Positions 39,801 through 48,666 of a DNA stretch of 64,000 nt are shown in pieces. Made by a program: the position numbers and the translations under genes. How positions within the stretch are numbered: the stretch's first letter is position 1; every line of letters begins with the position of its first letter. The stretch lies in IMG/VR virus record IMGVR_UViG_3300033553_000338, positions 93,881 to 157,880 of that record. The stretch is one strand, 5' to 3'. The DNA comes from a virus. The notes beneath the pieces are model-generated. The model was given only the letters and a program-made list of their open reading frames with translations, was not told the DNA's origin and ran no database searches.

Positions 39801-40078
39801 CCGATGTCTCGGAAATTGCCAATACGATCATCAATAAGCTCCAGGTAAAACGTGACTGGATGAGGCGTTTCAAAGCGTTTGCACACAAGTACCTTGGTGG
39901 GGATCTGGTTAAAACCGGCTATTGTCTAAAGCAAGTCTCCTTGTTGCATAAATGGTACCAGGTGAAGGACCAAGTTCCTGTAAACTGGAATGATGTACAG
40001 TGGGAAGATGCCTTTAAAGACGCAGGATCTGATGTAGCCGCAAATTGTGCGGGGAATGCCTGTGTTATAAACATTTAA
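36845..40078 (+). CDS. nrdJ: class II (B12-dependent, RTPR-type) ribonucleotide reductase, intein-containing
   Basis: MYN|CAS, GAGVGYSVQ, GGVRRSA, GEPG, NPCAEI, CNLTEIN, TTIKPSGT, C-terminal CAGNAC; no NrdB seen nearby. Confidence 0.88.
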   Translation: MSTESLQDYIFVAKYARTVNGKKETWNQAVSRVMGMHEEFLTIRHGVNMEDLDPYFEAIRKAYHKQEMLGAQRALQWGGSQLLKHHFRMYNCFRRDTKFVTNEGVKSFEDFEDGDNLKVLTHAKNWKNAIVRNYGTAAVNEITVKRGASKSTIYSTGNHRWIKNDGVITEDLQINDKLLRTPRYFQEFNYDTATPFEKLYWCYGMVYGDGTRIQDKGGNLKYSLIRLCGEDKQFSDRFESCGFKTSTNLSLKGDCIAYTGSYLKTSPDPSVDSPELIRAFVSGYLQADAYKNSNPNTGSRFIDIQSSEIDHIEFIRKCFPIAGVYIVSEKNITGEKTNLGTRPYTIKFRLTQGQGSMAPTFKVASIKREVEICDVWCLEVEDDQSFMLPNGLATGNCASSYANRVDFFHELMYVLLCGAGVGYSVQKHHVGELPVVQGPLKEKVPFVIGDSIEGWGDSVKALMYAFFYNQPLPQFDGTQVRPKGAMISGGFKAPGPDPLLEALKLVKVILNNAIGRKLRPLEVHEIACIFADAVISGGVRRSALLSLFSIDDEEMMSCKTGDWWTKKEYLARANNSAAVFEDTPYESYKRVFENAKAFGEPGIVFLKHRDQILNPCAEISMFPVWVNEDGSREYGFAVCNLTEINGAKIKSLNDFKRAAFAASAMGTIQASYTDFPYLGRVTEKIIRRDALIGVGITGMSENPYILFDPENQRAAAKVVVQTNKEVADIIGINYAARTTTIKPSGTSSSLLGTSPGIHPFDSMKYVRHVQANKDEQAWQVLKEFNPKVVEASLSNNRDVVISFPVEKESGVLTKNNLSALEFMELVKLTQNNWIAEGTNWDHSSYKISPQMTHNVSNTISVKDHEWENVQEYLWKNKAHFCGVSFLSDSGSLDYVQAPFSEVIDEKALAEKYGAAAILAGGLNVDGIHAFGDLWRAISCAQGIGESLVFEKGMVLDVIEKNMTDFTRIDERLGITFNFQVEGAKITDVSEIANTIINKLQVKRDWMRRFKAFAHKYLGGDLVKTGYCLKQVSLLHKWYQVKDQVPVNWNDVQWEDAFKDAGSDVAANCAGNACVINI
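37118..38032 (+). mobile_element. intein with LAGLIDADG homing endonuclease (305 aa, residues 92-396 of RNR)
   Basis: Starts CFRRDTKF, block B TGNHRW, LAGLIDADG-like YGMVYGDG and FVSGYLQADA, block F VWCLEVEDDQSF, ends ATGN|C; visibly AT-richer than flanks. Confidence 0.9.
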
Positions 40079-40081
40079 TTG

Positions 40082-40106
40082 ATGGCCCGGGCAACCGGGC
40101 CATTTT
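40082..40106 (+). terminator. intrinsic terminator
   Basis: ATGGCCCGG-gcaa-CCGGGCCAT-TTT. Confidence 0.8.
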
Positions 40107-40133
40107 ATCTATCACATTTTAAAACTTCATCAC

Positions 40134-40616
40134 ATGGAAGAAAAAACAACCCCAGTACTGGGTGAGCTACTGGGTGAGCACAAAGAGCCCATACTCGGGG
40201 GTAAATTCTTTATTAGTAAAGTGTCCGGGGAAGGTACCGCGAGGTTTGCTTTACTTCATTTTACTTCACTGGAACAGAAGACTATCAACCAGATAACGGA
40301 CCTTAGGAAACAAGCTACCTGGATTGAGAACTTTGGAATAGCTGTACCTAACTTGGGCACGATCTCATTTTACTCCTGTGAGATGGATGGAGAAATGCTC
40401 GGGGACTCTCCTTTTAAAGAGCTGACTCCCGGAAGATACCAGGCACTGTCCCATAGATTTGGACCTTACGAAATTGAGAGTGAGCTTTTTGAAGTCTCAA
40501 CATCAACGTTCAAATCCTCAGAATGTCTCTATATGTCAGCCTATGAGAAACATACGACTGTTCAAAATGAGATTGATCACTTCACAACAAAAGACCTGTT
40601 AAATGGAAGAGGATAG
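40134..40616 (+). CDS. hypothetical protein
   Basis: 160 aa ORF. Confidence 0.65.
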   Translation: MEEKTTPVLGELLGEHKEPILGGKFFISKVSGEGTARFALLHFTSLEQKTINQITDLRKQATWIENFGIAVPNLGTISFYSCEMDGEMLGDSPFKELTPGRYQALSHRFGPYEIESELFEVSTSTFKSSECLYMSAYEKHTTVQNEIDHFTTKDLLNGRG

Positions 40617-40744
40617 TGAAGAGCCCAAAGCAAAGAAAAAGTACACCATTCACACGGATTTGGTCCTTGGCACTTGTGAGGAAGAGTATATGCTTGGGCT
40701 GATAGCGGAGTTGGATCGGATAGGATGTACTATAATTTAAAGAA

Positions 40745-41161
40745 ATGAAACTTTCCGAATACATTAACCAAGAAAACCCCATCCGGATGCCCCAGGTATT
40801 TCTGGAAAAAGGGGAGTACAGAATACATGATTCCATTAAGGTTGCTGGTCATGTGTTGACAACTATTGAAATCCCTGTCTTGTGGGAGAGGTTTAAAACA
40901 GATCCGGTTTACATTCATAAAGATGATGAACCGAGATTGTACACACGAGATGAGCACAGCAACCCGATCTCCAGAAGCTGCTTCTACATAAAAGACTTAC
41001 CTGCCATAGATTCCCCATTAGAGTTTGGGGAATGGCACAGCAAGTTTGCTGATGAAATAGCTATTGAACTTGCGGAAAGCGGGGCAGATAGGGAGCTTGA
41101 TTTTGACCCCGAGAGGGAGTATGAGAAAAGGTACGAGATGTACTTAAATGCACGTAAATAA
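40745..41161 (+). CDS. hypothetical protein
   Basis: 138 aa, ELAESGADRELDFD. Confidence 0.7.
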   Translation: MKLSEYINQENPIRMPQVFLEKGEYRIHDSIKVAGHVLTTIEIPVLWERFKTDPVYIHKDDEPRLYTRDEHSNPISRSCFYIKDLPAIDSPLEFGEWHSKFADEIAIELAESGADRELDFDPEREYEKRYEMYLNARK

Positions 41162-41166
41162 ATCTA

Positions 41167-41433
41167 ATGGGGAAAGAATGTTTTACATGCTCCTACAAGT
41201 GTAGTGAGGAGCTTGCAAAAGAGCAACGTGCTGAGATGTATGCTGAAGCCAAAGCTAAGGGTGTTAGGTTATTTCGTGCCCCTGAGCTGGTATTTCATTG
41301 TAGCATAACCGGGAAAAAGATCAGTCAAATCGATCCGGCCTGTAGTGATTACTCTGGGGATTCATTCATGGAGAACATTCGAAAAGACATCTCCAAATCA
41401 GCAAGGAAACTACGCGAAGAATTAAATTTCTAA
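41167..41433 (+). CDS. hypothetical Cys-rich protein
   Basis: CFTC..C..C..C. Confidence 0.65.
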   Translation: MGKECFTCSYKCSEELAKEQRAEMYAEAKAKGVRLFRAPELVFHCSITGKKISQIDPACSDYSGDSFMENIRKDISKSARKLREELNF

Positions 41434-41444
41434 ATCTTAACAAC

Positions 41445-42092
41445 ATGAGAAAACTTACATCGGAGAAAAAGTTCTCCAGTATTGCCATGACACAAATGTT
41501 TCACGAGCTATGTAGAGACTTACGGAAATTTAAAACCAAAAGAGGACATAGCATAGATAATCTGGACATTTCACTTATGTTACTTAAACAAGTCGTTGAT
41601 AAATCAATGAACGATAAGGTCTTACGTAGCAAATTCTGTACATGGATGTTACAAGGTAAAACCCTGTTATTGCTGGACATCCTTACAAGCACTTCATACA
41701 ACAATAGAAACCTGGGCGACTTCAATGCATTTTCATTTATGGATGCGGCAAACGCTGCACGTAAAAGCACAGTTCCAATCAACGTCCCTATGGATGCCCT
41801 TTTACTGGAACGAAAGGAAGATTCGACCAGTCCGGAACCATCCCTAGTAATATTTGATGAGATTATTGCTGGTCAATTTACGTCTGAATTATTTGTACCT
41901 GTATTTACTGGGGCAAGCAACGGGGTAAGGCTTTTATTACTCTCTAACTTAATAGAAAATTATTACTTTCCCGCTAAAAATGGCAGGTTTAAGTCAAATA
42001 TTCTAAGTTACCTTAAAGGTAAAGATTTGCTATTATACCACTATGTAGGATCCTACGAATCCGATGAATTAGACATTGATCCAATAGGGTAA
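41445..42092 (+). CDS. hypothetical protein
   Basis: 215 aa ORF. Confidence 0.65.
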   Translation: MRKLTSEKKFSSIAMTQMFHELCRDLRKFKTKRGHSIDNLDISLMLLKQVVDKSMNDKVLRSKFCTWMLQGKTLLLLDILTSTSYNNRNLGDFNAFSFMDAANAARKSTVPINVPMDALLLERKEDSTSPEPSLVIFDEIIAGQFTSELFVPVFTGASNGVRLLLLSNLIENYYFPAKNGRFKSNILSYLKGKDLLLYHYVGSYESDELDIDPIG

Positions 42093-42095
42093 ACG

Positions 42096-42413
42096 ATGAG
42101 TAAAAAACCAAATAACTGGGATAAAGGTTTTGTCCAAGGATACGTATGTGCCTGTGCTACGTCTTATACAGAGCATGGTGAGGATACCATCGTTGAGGAC
42201 TGCCTACGTGGGATATACAAGTCCGTGGATGATCTGAAGAAGCATGAAGTAGAGGAATCTGATATCGAAACACTCATGCCGGTAATTGAAGAAATTGAAC
42301 GCAAACGCGAATTAGTGAATGCTGAATGTGCCCATGTGTATGCATACAAGATACTGTATGACCACACTGCGGCAGATGTATGTACAGAGTGTGGAAATAT
42401 TAAAAAACAATAA
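42096..42413 (+). CDS. hypothetical protein
   Basis: GFVQGYVCA; C-terminal CAH..CTECG. Confidence 0.65.
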   Translation: MSKKPNNWDKGFVQGYVCACATSYTEHGEDTIVEDCLRGIYKSVDDLKKHEVEESDIETLMPVIEEIERKRELVNAECAHVYAYKILYDHTAADVCTECGNIKKQ

Positions 42414-42417
42414 ACGT

Positions 42418-42633
42418 ATGAGGGCTAAAAGTTTACAGAAGAAAAGCACACCCATTGAGGAAATTTATAAGTGGATCGAATCTTCAAATAATGTAGGGGA
42501 CTTTAAAATATTCATACCCCACTTCAAGCATGTTGATGAGAGTGTTCGGTTACAGCTGATTGAAGACGGTTTTAAAATATACCGTGGAGACTGGGACGGT
42601 ATAACTACTAATGCACTCATCATCGAGTGGTAA
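42418..42633 (+). CDS. hypothetical protein
   Basis: LIEDGFKI...IIEW. Confidence 0.65.
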   Translation: MRAKSLQKKSTPIEEIYKWIESSNNVGDFKIFIPHFKHVDESVRLQLIEDGFKIYRGDWDGITTNALIIEW

Positions 42634-42650
42634 TCTCATAAAATGAAACT

Positions 42651-43004
42651 ATGGAAATTAAAATTTTAGTTCCGGAGAATGAAAAGGCAAACCTTGATAA
42701 TTTCATAAAATGTTGTGAATACCAAGGATTTAAAGTAGTTCGAGAAGGAGGTGGGAAACTTCCAACATTTAGTGGTTACTTCGCTGAACTTAAAGGTGAT
42801 AAGTGGGGAGATACTAAAACCGCTTTAGATTTAGCCGATGCTCAGTTCGTAGGATTCCGAGAGGGTAAATGGTCTGGAAGCATCATTCCTTTAGTGGAGA
42901 GTATGGGCCTGACTAAGAGTGAGTGGGAAACTTGGAAAACCAATTACCCCAACATGATGAATGAGTCGGATTATCAGCAGATTGAGGAACACTTTAGAAG
43001 CTAA
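42651..43004 (+). CDS. hypothetical protein
   Basis: 117 aa ORF. Confidence 0.65.
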   Translation: MEIKILVPENEKANLDNFIKCCEYQGFKVVREGGGKLPTFSGYFAELKGDKWGDTKTALDLADAQFVGFREGKWSGSIIPLVESMGLTKSEWETWKTNYPNMMNESDYQQIEEHFRS

Positions 43005-43161
43005 GGATGACAAAAAAGGATATCAAATATCTGGAGTACGTAAAGAAAAAACTGGGTGTTACCACAAAAGCGGAGGTAGTTGTTGTGGAGCATTTATTCA
43101 GAAGGGATAGAAATAGGTCTATCCTGCTCGAAAGCTACGGGGAAATAAAGGAGGATGATGG

Positions 43162-43437
43162 GTGGGCAATCTGATGGCTGAGTGGGCCGCGAAAACCTGT
43201 ACCCTAGTAGACTGGCCAACCAGAAAGTTTACCTGTGAGGAACTGGCTACCGGGGATACTCCGGAAAATACAAATGATTCAGGGGATCCCCTAAATTGTT
43301 CCAGGGAGTATGACGAAAATGTATGCGATGGCTGTACCCACAATAACCATGAGATAGTTGCCCATCCCGGTGGGGAGAGCACTGCTTCAGCTGAGAAGCA
43401 TCACTGTGAGCAAGGGTACTGGGAAGATGATTTTTAA
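43162..43437 (+). CDS. hypothetical Cys/His-rich protein (start uncertain)
   Basis: 91 aa ORF. Confidence 0.5.
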   Translation: MGNLMAEWAAKTCTLVDWPTRKFTCEELATGDTPENTNDSGDPLNCSREYDENVCDGCTHNNHEIVAHPGGESTASAEKHHCEQGYWEDDF

Positions 43438-43456
43438 TACTAAAACTTGACGTTAC

Positions 43457-44137
43457 ATGAATTATCAAATTATTACAGATAGAGAAAAGCTTATTGATTT
43501 CATCAACTGGCTTCCGGACCTTAAACCAGGAGAGGGCTATTACTGCTCCCTCCTGGCCCGTTCCAAGTACTGCAAGGGCGTTAAGCATATCAAGTCGGAT
43601 AAGCAGCAGTTGAAGCGATTCACCTCTTCCAAGGAGTTCCTGTTTGAGAAGATCCAACAACTAGAGTGTGCGGTAGGGAGCTACTACCAAAAGCACGTTT
43701 CGATACCACAGGAGGCTTTGGCACTCTACATCAATCCTAATCCCAGGAGTTACGAAAAAGCTGCAAAGAATGGCTTGATTAAGTTGGCCAACCTGGTTAC
43801 TCAAACCTACGGTGGGTTTAATCCACACCAAGAAATGCTCTCTGAGATTCAGAAAGCTTGCAGTCGGAAGGTGTACTTTGACATTGACTTTGATGGGGTT
43901 GATCTGGATGAGGTAAGAAGCGAGGCAATCAAGATGGTTAACAGTGACTGCTTGCACTTCCTGCAGACCAGAGGAGGGTTTCACATGCTTGTCGAACTAT
44001 CCAAGATTGATAGTCAATATGCTAAAACCTGGTACATGGCAATCACATCCCTTCGAGGTGTGGATATCAAAGGTGATAACATGATCCCAGTTGCGGGGTG
44101 CTACCAAGGTGGGTACACTCCTTCATTTTTAATGTAA
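43457..44137 (+). CDS. conserved phage protein with AEP (prim-pol)-like motifs
   Basis: FDIDFD (DxD), TRGGFH (H), GDNMIPVAG. Confidence 0.6.
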   Translation: MNYQIITDREKLIDFINWLPDLKPGEGYYCSLLARSKYCKGVKHIKSDKQQLKRFTSSKEFLFEKIQQLECAVGSYYQKHVSIPQEALALYINPNPRSYEKAAKNGLIKLANLVTQTYGGFNPHQEMLSEIQKACSRKVYFDIDFDGVDLDEVRSEAIKMVNSDCLHFLQTRGGFHMLVELSKIDSQYAKTWYMAITSLRGVDIKGDNMIPVAGCYQGGYTPSFLM

Positions 44138-44150
44138 TAACACAATTATC

Positions 44151-44369
44151 ATGGTTGGAAAGACAAAAGCTATTATATCAAAGGAGCTCTACGATGCAAT
44201 GGAGCAAGCTAAGAAAGACAACAAGTACATCAACCATATCTGCACGGTACGTTGCAGATTAGGGAAAATTAAAGAATTCTTAGTCGAAGGTACAGACTTA
44301 AAGATTTCCCTTAAATGCACTCAAATCGGAGGTATGGGGACTGGGACCCATTGTTTTATCCCAGTGTGA
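44151..44369 (+). CDS. hypothetical protein
   Basis: 72 aa ORF. Confidence 0.55.
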   Translation: MVGKTKAIISKELYDAMEQAKKDNKYINHICTVRCRLGKIKEFLVEGTDLKISLKCTQIGGMGTGTHCFIPV

Positions 44370-44386
44370 TACTAAGATGTAATAAT

Positions 44387-44581
44387 ATGCCAAAGAAAAA
44401 GATTGAGCTAAAATTTACCCAGGTACAGATAGACAGCCTACTTTCAATAATTGAGACTATCGAGGGGATGTACGGGTGCGCGGATACTGGGGAAGACGCA
44501 GTAAACTGGGACAAAGAGATGGAGCGTGATATAAGGAACATCGACAGGATGCTAAAATCAAATGGATATAAACGAGGGTAA
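44387..44581 (+). CDS. hypothetical protein
   Basis: 64 aa ORF. Confidence 0.55.
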   Translation: MPKKKIELKFTQVQIDSLLSIIETIEGMYGCADTGEDAVNWDKEMERDIRNIDRMLKSNGYKRG

Positions 44582-44611
44582 TAACAATTAATAATAATAA
44601 TAATAAGTAGT

Positions 44612-44869
44612 ATGAAAAAATTATTCATGGTGGCAATGCTATTCATTGCTGTAAGTATTTCTTGTACAGATGCAACCCGTTCAAAAATCGGTGGTTACGG
44701 AGATGAGTTTAGGGTTGAAATGGTGAACTGTGATGGTACCATTACCCATACTTGGATCAGCAGCGGTAAGGTAAAAAGCGAGCAAAGTAGTGATGGTTAC
44801 TATTTTAAGGATAAAGAGAGTGGCCGACTAATTGAGGTTACGGGTAGTTTGATAATCACCAAACTGTAG
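44612..44869 (+). CDS. lipoprotein
   Basis: MKK + hydrophobic + ISC lipobox; SSGKVKSEQSSDGYYF. Confidence 0.75.
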   Translation: MKKLFMVAMLFIAVSISCTDATRSKIGGYGDEFRVEMVNCDGTITHTWISSGKVKSEQSSDGYYFKDKESGRLIEVTGSLIITKL

Positions 44870-44875
44870 CTTAGG

Positions 44876-45445
44876 ATGGAAAAACTGATACAAATACCTG
44901 AGTGGCAGTTTAAAAAAATCGAAAACGCACTGAGACTCACTAGCAATACATGGAGATGTCATAGAAGAGAAACTGCGTTTGACAGGGAAGTAACAAAGGC
45001 GTATGAGTTTGCAAAGGATGCATTGGCAGGTAACTCCGTTCCGGATACCTGTAACTGTTCAAGGGGTAAGGGCATTTCCTACGAGGACGGGAAACCGTAC
45101 TGTGTTGATTGCGGGAAAGAAGTAAAAGAGCTTCCATCCTCAGACAACCTGTCCAGTTTATTAGCTAAAAAACTGGACAAAGATCCGGAGGTAACCTATC
45201 CTATTGGAGGGTTTGCTCCAGGTTACTACTCCTGCCGGTGCGTGTCCTGTGGAGATGAATTTCAAGGGGACAAACTGGCCTGTCAATGTGAACCTTGTGC
45301 TACTGCTGGAGTGGATCAAGCTCGTACAACCTCTTGCAGAGGATACGAGCCCAACATGCCGGTTTTTGATGAGCTTGAAGACCTTGCACGAAGGTATACT
45401 CCGGAGCAAATTAATGAATTGTGGGAGCTTGTAACACCTAAATAA
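44876..45445 (+). CDS. hypothetical multi-module Zn-finger protein
   Basis: CNC..CVDCG; GFAPGYYSCRCVSCG..GDKLACQCEPCA. Confidence 0.7.
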   Translation: MEKLIQIPEWQFKKIENALRLTSNTWRCHRRETAFDREVTKAYEFAKDALAGNSVPDTCNCSRGKGISYEDGKPYCVDCGKEVKELPSSDNLSSLLAKKLDKDPEVTYPIGGFAPGYYSCRCVSCGDEFQGDKLACQCEPCATAGVDQARTTSCRGYEPNMPVFDELEDLARRYTPEQINELWELVTPK

Positions 45446-45453
45446 TAACCCCA

Positions 45454-45642
45454 GTGAAAGTCTCAACAAAAAACAAACTACTGGAAGCTTGGCAATATTG
45501 TGACGATAATGACAAGTCATCTGAATTTATGCTTGCGTATATGCAAGATGAAGCAAATGTCAATTTTGACTGTGTTGTAAATTTTATCCAAAGAACAACA
45601 CTGGAAGAAAGGCAGAAGTACCTTAAAAGTTTAACCCAATAA
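45454..45642 (+). CDS. hypothetical protein
   Basis: CDDNDKSSEFMLAYMQD. Confidence 0.6.
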   Translation: MKVSTKNKLLEAWQYCDDNDKSSEFMLAYMQDEANVNFDCVVNFIQRTTLEERQKYLKSLTQ

Positions 45643-45656
45643 TTTAAAAAAAAAAT

Positions 45657-46127
45657 ATGCTACAAATCCTAGACAGCACAGACACAATAATCCATCAAGG
45701 TGAAGACGGAGAGATGAGAGAAGCCTTTGAGTATTTAACCACACCAGGTTGGAAATTAGCAGAAACGCGAGGATACAAGATGGATGACCTTTACAGGCTC
45801 AATACAAAGTACAACAAGAAGTATAGTGGAGAGCTCCGCTTAGTCCCTGTTTCGGCAAGTACGAACCCTAAAATTACAGAAATCTCTAAAGGGGAATTAG
45901 ATGAGGCATATTTAGTAGGAGTACACAAGCATTCTTTCCGAAGTGGTAGGCCTGCCAGAATCATTGGTGTACATGTAGTTACCCGTAAGGACGGGAAACC
46001 AAAGCCCTGTTATCATATTCGGTGGGCCGATCAAGTAGAAGATTTGGTTGCAATCGAGGACAGTGCGAACTATAAGATAATCAGTTTCGAAGACATTATA
46101 GCTGGAAATATTCCAAAAGTAAAGTAG
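45657..46127 (+). CDS. hypothetical protein
   Basis: 156 aa, HKHSFRSGRPARIIGV. Confidence 0.7.
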   Translation: MLQILDSTDTIIHQGEDGEMREAFEYLTTPGWKLAETRGYKMDDLYRLNTKYNKKYSGELRLVPVSASTNPKITEISKGELDEAYLVGVHKHSFRSGRPARIIGVHVVTRKDGKPKPCYHIRWADQVEDLVAIEDSANYKIISFEDIIAGNIPKVK

Positions 46128-46132
46128 TATAA

Positions 46133-46504
46133 ATGCACAAATCAACTGAGTATACCTATCACGGGACTGGTAAAGGCCAGGCATTAAACATCCAACACGA
46201 TGGGTTTATGAAACCAAGTGAAACCGGAGAAAAGCAGCCATCAGTGAGCTTTACAAATGACCTTGATTATGCAAAATATTATGCCAGAGCAAAAGGTGGA
46301 TCGAGCAAAGAGTGTACCCTGAGGACAAAATTAACCAATGACTTCCAGCTGTCTCCACGAATAATGAACAATGCAGGTGATGAATATATCTCATTTAAGG
46401 ATGTATCATCATCTGTTTTAGAAGTGTTGGCCGGCAATGGTAGCTGGTATCCCTTGGATAGTTGGGATGTAATCTTTGATGAACCTTTAGAAACTTACCT
46501 GTAA
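46133..46504 (+). CDS. ADP-ribosyltransferase-fold protein
   Basis: YHGT, SVSFT....AKYYA, DEY. Confidence 0.55.
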   Translation: MHKSTEYTYHGTGKGQALNIQHDGFMKPSETGEKQPSVSFTNDLDYAKYYARAKGGSSKECTLRTKLTNDFQLSPRIMNNAGDEYISFKDVSSSVLEVLAGNGSWYPLDSWDVIFDEPLETYL

Positions 46505-46525
46505 AATGCCATTAAATAACAACTT

Positions 46526-46789
46526 ATGAAAATAGAATCAATCTATAACCCAAAAGTTTATCATGTTTACGAGTACTGCAAAAAATGCAATCATAGAAAT
46601 GATACCCACGATATGAATTGTCTCGAATGCTGCCCTGTTAAAAATGAAAACATTCGAGAGAGTGAGGAAGAATTTTGCACTTGCATAAATCCAAGCATAT
46701 ACTTAAGCATTTCAAGAATTACGATGTGTGCAAGTTGCGATAAGCCTTATTGTGCAAAATTCATCGGAGCGAACGTAATGCAGCCATAA
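46526..46789 (+). CDS. Cys-rich hypothetical protein (first unit of cassette array)
   Basis: Stop codon lies within GCCATAAC of the first attC-like site. Confidence 0.6.
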   Translation: MKIESIYNPKVYHVYEYCKKCNHRNDTHDMNCLECCPVKNENIRESEEEFCTCINPSIYLSISRITMCASCDKPYCAKFIGANVMQP

Positions 46790-46850
46790 CGATTTGGCTA
46801 TGTGCTGAACGTAGAGTAACGGAGTTTTGCATATAGGTAGTGCTATGTGC
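46783..46850 (+). repeat. attC-like site 1 (core degenerate, GCT)
   Basis: CATAAC-gatttgg-CTATGTGC...GCATATAG-gtagt-GCTATG. Confidence 0.55.
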
Positions 46851-46879
46851 TTTTTATTAACAGATTAAATGAAATTAAG

Positions 46880-47068
46880 ATGAGATTTATAGCGACAATA
46901 AAATGGTTAGACAATGGAAATATACAAGATGATATTATTCTAAAAATTGGAGATATAGAAGAAGATGATGATGATATTTTCTTCTACTTAGATTCTGAAA
47001 GGGAAGTTGAAGAATTTAAAAAAGAAGGTGTTAATGATTGGGTTATTCTTGATGTAGTTAAAGAGTAA
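46880..47068 (+). CDS. cassette gene, acidic hypothetical protein
   Basis: 62 aa, DDDDIFFY. Confidence 0.7.
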   Translation: MRFIATIKWLDNGNIQDDIILKIGDIEEDDDDIFFYLDSEREVEEFKKEGVNDWVILDVVKE

Positions 47069-47168
47069 TTGCATACGTTCGGCAATATGAAGCGGTTGCC
47101 AGCTAAGACGCTTCAATTTAGTAATAAGCCTATCGGCAACTGTTTTATATTGCTTGTAGGCACAGTTA
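47069..47168 (+). repeat. attC-like site 2 (degenerate cores)
   Basis: GCAATATGAAGCGGTTGCC (47082-47100) / GGCAACTGTTTTATATTGC (47135-47153), then GTAGGCACAGTTA. Confidence 0.65.
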
Positions 47169-47175
47169 ATTTCAT

Positions 47176-47451
47176 ATGATTAAAAAAGGAGATAGATTAC
47201 TCGTATGGTCTTTGCAATCTTTTTCGCACGGTGGGTTTTTAAAAGGAGAACCAGCATTTGCAAGACAAAGTTCAAATGGTGATAGTGTTATTCTTTGTGT
47301 CATTAGAAATTTCACTGGTGAATATAAGATAGACGAAAGCTATGAAGTTTATATAAAGCAAGTTGAAGGTGTAACAAAGAATAACTGGAATGCTAAGAAA
47401 AGATTGAAAAAATTTAGGAAACAGATAATGCTGAATGGTGCGATTTCTTAA
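47176..47451 (+). CDS. cassette gene, hypothetical protein
   Basis: Flanked by GTAGGCACAGTTA / TAACTGTGCCTAAC. Confidence 0.75.
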   Translation: MIKKGDRLLVWSLQSFSHGGFLKGEPAFARQSSNGDSVILCVIRNFTGEYKIDESYEVYIKQVEGVTKNNWNAKKRLKKFRKQIMLNGAIS

Positions 47452-47455
47452 CTGT

Positions 47456-47607
47456 GCCTAACGGGTCAGGGCTATATGTCGTTTCAACCGGCATACCGAG
47501 GTCACGAATGGATGTTCAGGTTTAAATGACATATCAGCTAGTGTTGTGCTGCGTTCGATTCGTCATTCACATAATTATGGACAAAGCGTAGCCCTGGCCC
47601 GTTGGGT
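47456..47607 (+). repeat. attC-like site 3 (compound/nested)
   Basis: AACGGGTCAGGGCTA / TAGCCCTGGCCCGTT outer pair; GCTATATGTCGTTT / AAATGACATATCAGC inner pair with extra GTT at 47543. Confidence 0.7.
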
Positions 47608-47654
47608 TTCATTCAAAAAAAAAACGAGAATTAAAATTTTTTAAACTTTAGTAT

Positions 47655-48047
47655 ATGGAAAAAGAATATCAAACAGCTAGCTTGAATGAACTTAGTTCCC
47701 AGTTAGCAGAATTTCAAGTAAGGATGGGATTCACAGATTCAAGCATAACGCAAAGACTTATGCTAGTTCATTCCGAGGTATCAGAAGCCTTTGAGGCGTT
47801 TAGAAGAGATCGTTACGCAAGGGTTAAAAACTATATTGAGGGATACGATCACCAAGATAATTTAGAACAGAAAAAAGCCGGATTTGAGCTGCACATTAAA
47901 GACTCGTTTGAAGATGAAATCGCTGATTCGATTATAAGGCTTCTGGCTCTTTGCGGTGAAAACAACATTGACATTGAGAAGCATATACAGTTAAAAATGC
48001 GTTACAATGAAATGCGAGGCTTCAAGTATGGAGGTAAAAAATTTTAA
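47655..48047 (+). CDS. cassette gene, MazG-like NTP pyrophosphohydrolase
   Basis: LMLVHSEVSEAFEA, EDEIADSIIRLL, KMRYN..R..KYGGKKF. Confidence 0.85.
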   Translation: MEKEYQTASLNELSSQLAEFQVRMGFTDSSITQRLMLVHSEVSEAFEAFRRDRYARVKNYIEGYDHQDNLEQKKAGFELHIKDSFEDEIADSIIRLLALCGENNIDIEKHIQLKMRYNEMRGFKYGGKKF

Positions 48048-48092
48048 TGAAGTGATTTTGGCTTCGTGGCTCCTGCCAACGAAGCGTATGAA

Positions 48093-48212
48093 ACCCAACG
48101 GTTTGGCTAAACGCTGGCCGATCATAGACCCATCAAAAAAGAAAGAACGATGAAAAATAAGACAGACATTTCCGAGAATAACGAACGGCTTGCGTTTGAG
48201 CCTGTGTTATAT
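48093..48212 (+). repeat. attC-like site 4
   Basis: CCCAAC-ggttt-GGCTAAACGCTGGCCG / CGGCTTGCGTTTGAGCC-tgt-GTTATAT. Confidence 0.75.
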
Positions 48213-48506
48213 GACCGTTTGCTTTTGGAGGGGGAATCCTTCTGGCAACATCATAACAGGCTCACATTATTTGAAATCCAAGATGCTATTAATGTGATGA
48301 AGATTAGCGGGAGGCTGCCTGACTGTATGTGGGAGGACTTGCAACATATACACGCAACCAATTACGGCACTTTTTACAACCTGACAAAGAGAATGATTGA
48401 TGCCGATTACCCAGGCGTGTTTACGAAGATAAAACCGAATAGAGACTTTCTTCAGTGGATTTACGAAGGCGTTAAGGCAGCAGCAGGAAAAGCAAACGTC
48501 ATATAA
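48150..48506 (+). CDS. hypothetical protein starting inside site 4 and reading into the next cassette
   Basis: ATG in hairpin loop, crosses GTT at 48206, stop in CATATAAC. Confidence 0.7.
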   Translation: MKNKTDISENNERLAFEPVLYDRLLLEGESFWQHHNRLTLFEIQDAINVMKISGRLPDCMWEDLQHIHATNYGTFYNLTKRMIDADYPGVFTKIKPNRDFLQWIYEGVKAAAGKANVI

Positions 48507-48630
48507 CGTTGGTGTATGCACCTGTTGGCTTTTAATTAGAATTACTAAACTTTAAATACCTAATAAGATGAACAAAGAAAACCAAACTACAAATAACAGC
48601 AAGCCAATGGCGTATGATACGTTGTTATAT
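48501..48630 (+). repeat. attC-like site 5
   Basis: ATATAAC-gttg-GTGTATGCACCTGTTGGCTT / AAGCCAATGGCGTATGATAC-gtt-GTTATAT. Confidence 0.75.
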
Positions 48631-48666
48631 ACTGGCACGGATTAAGAACTAAAAACTTTAAAAAAA

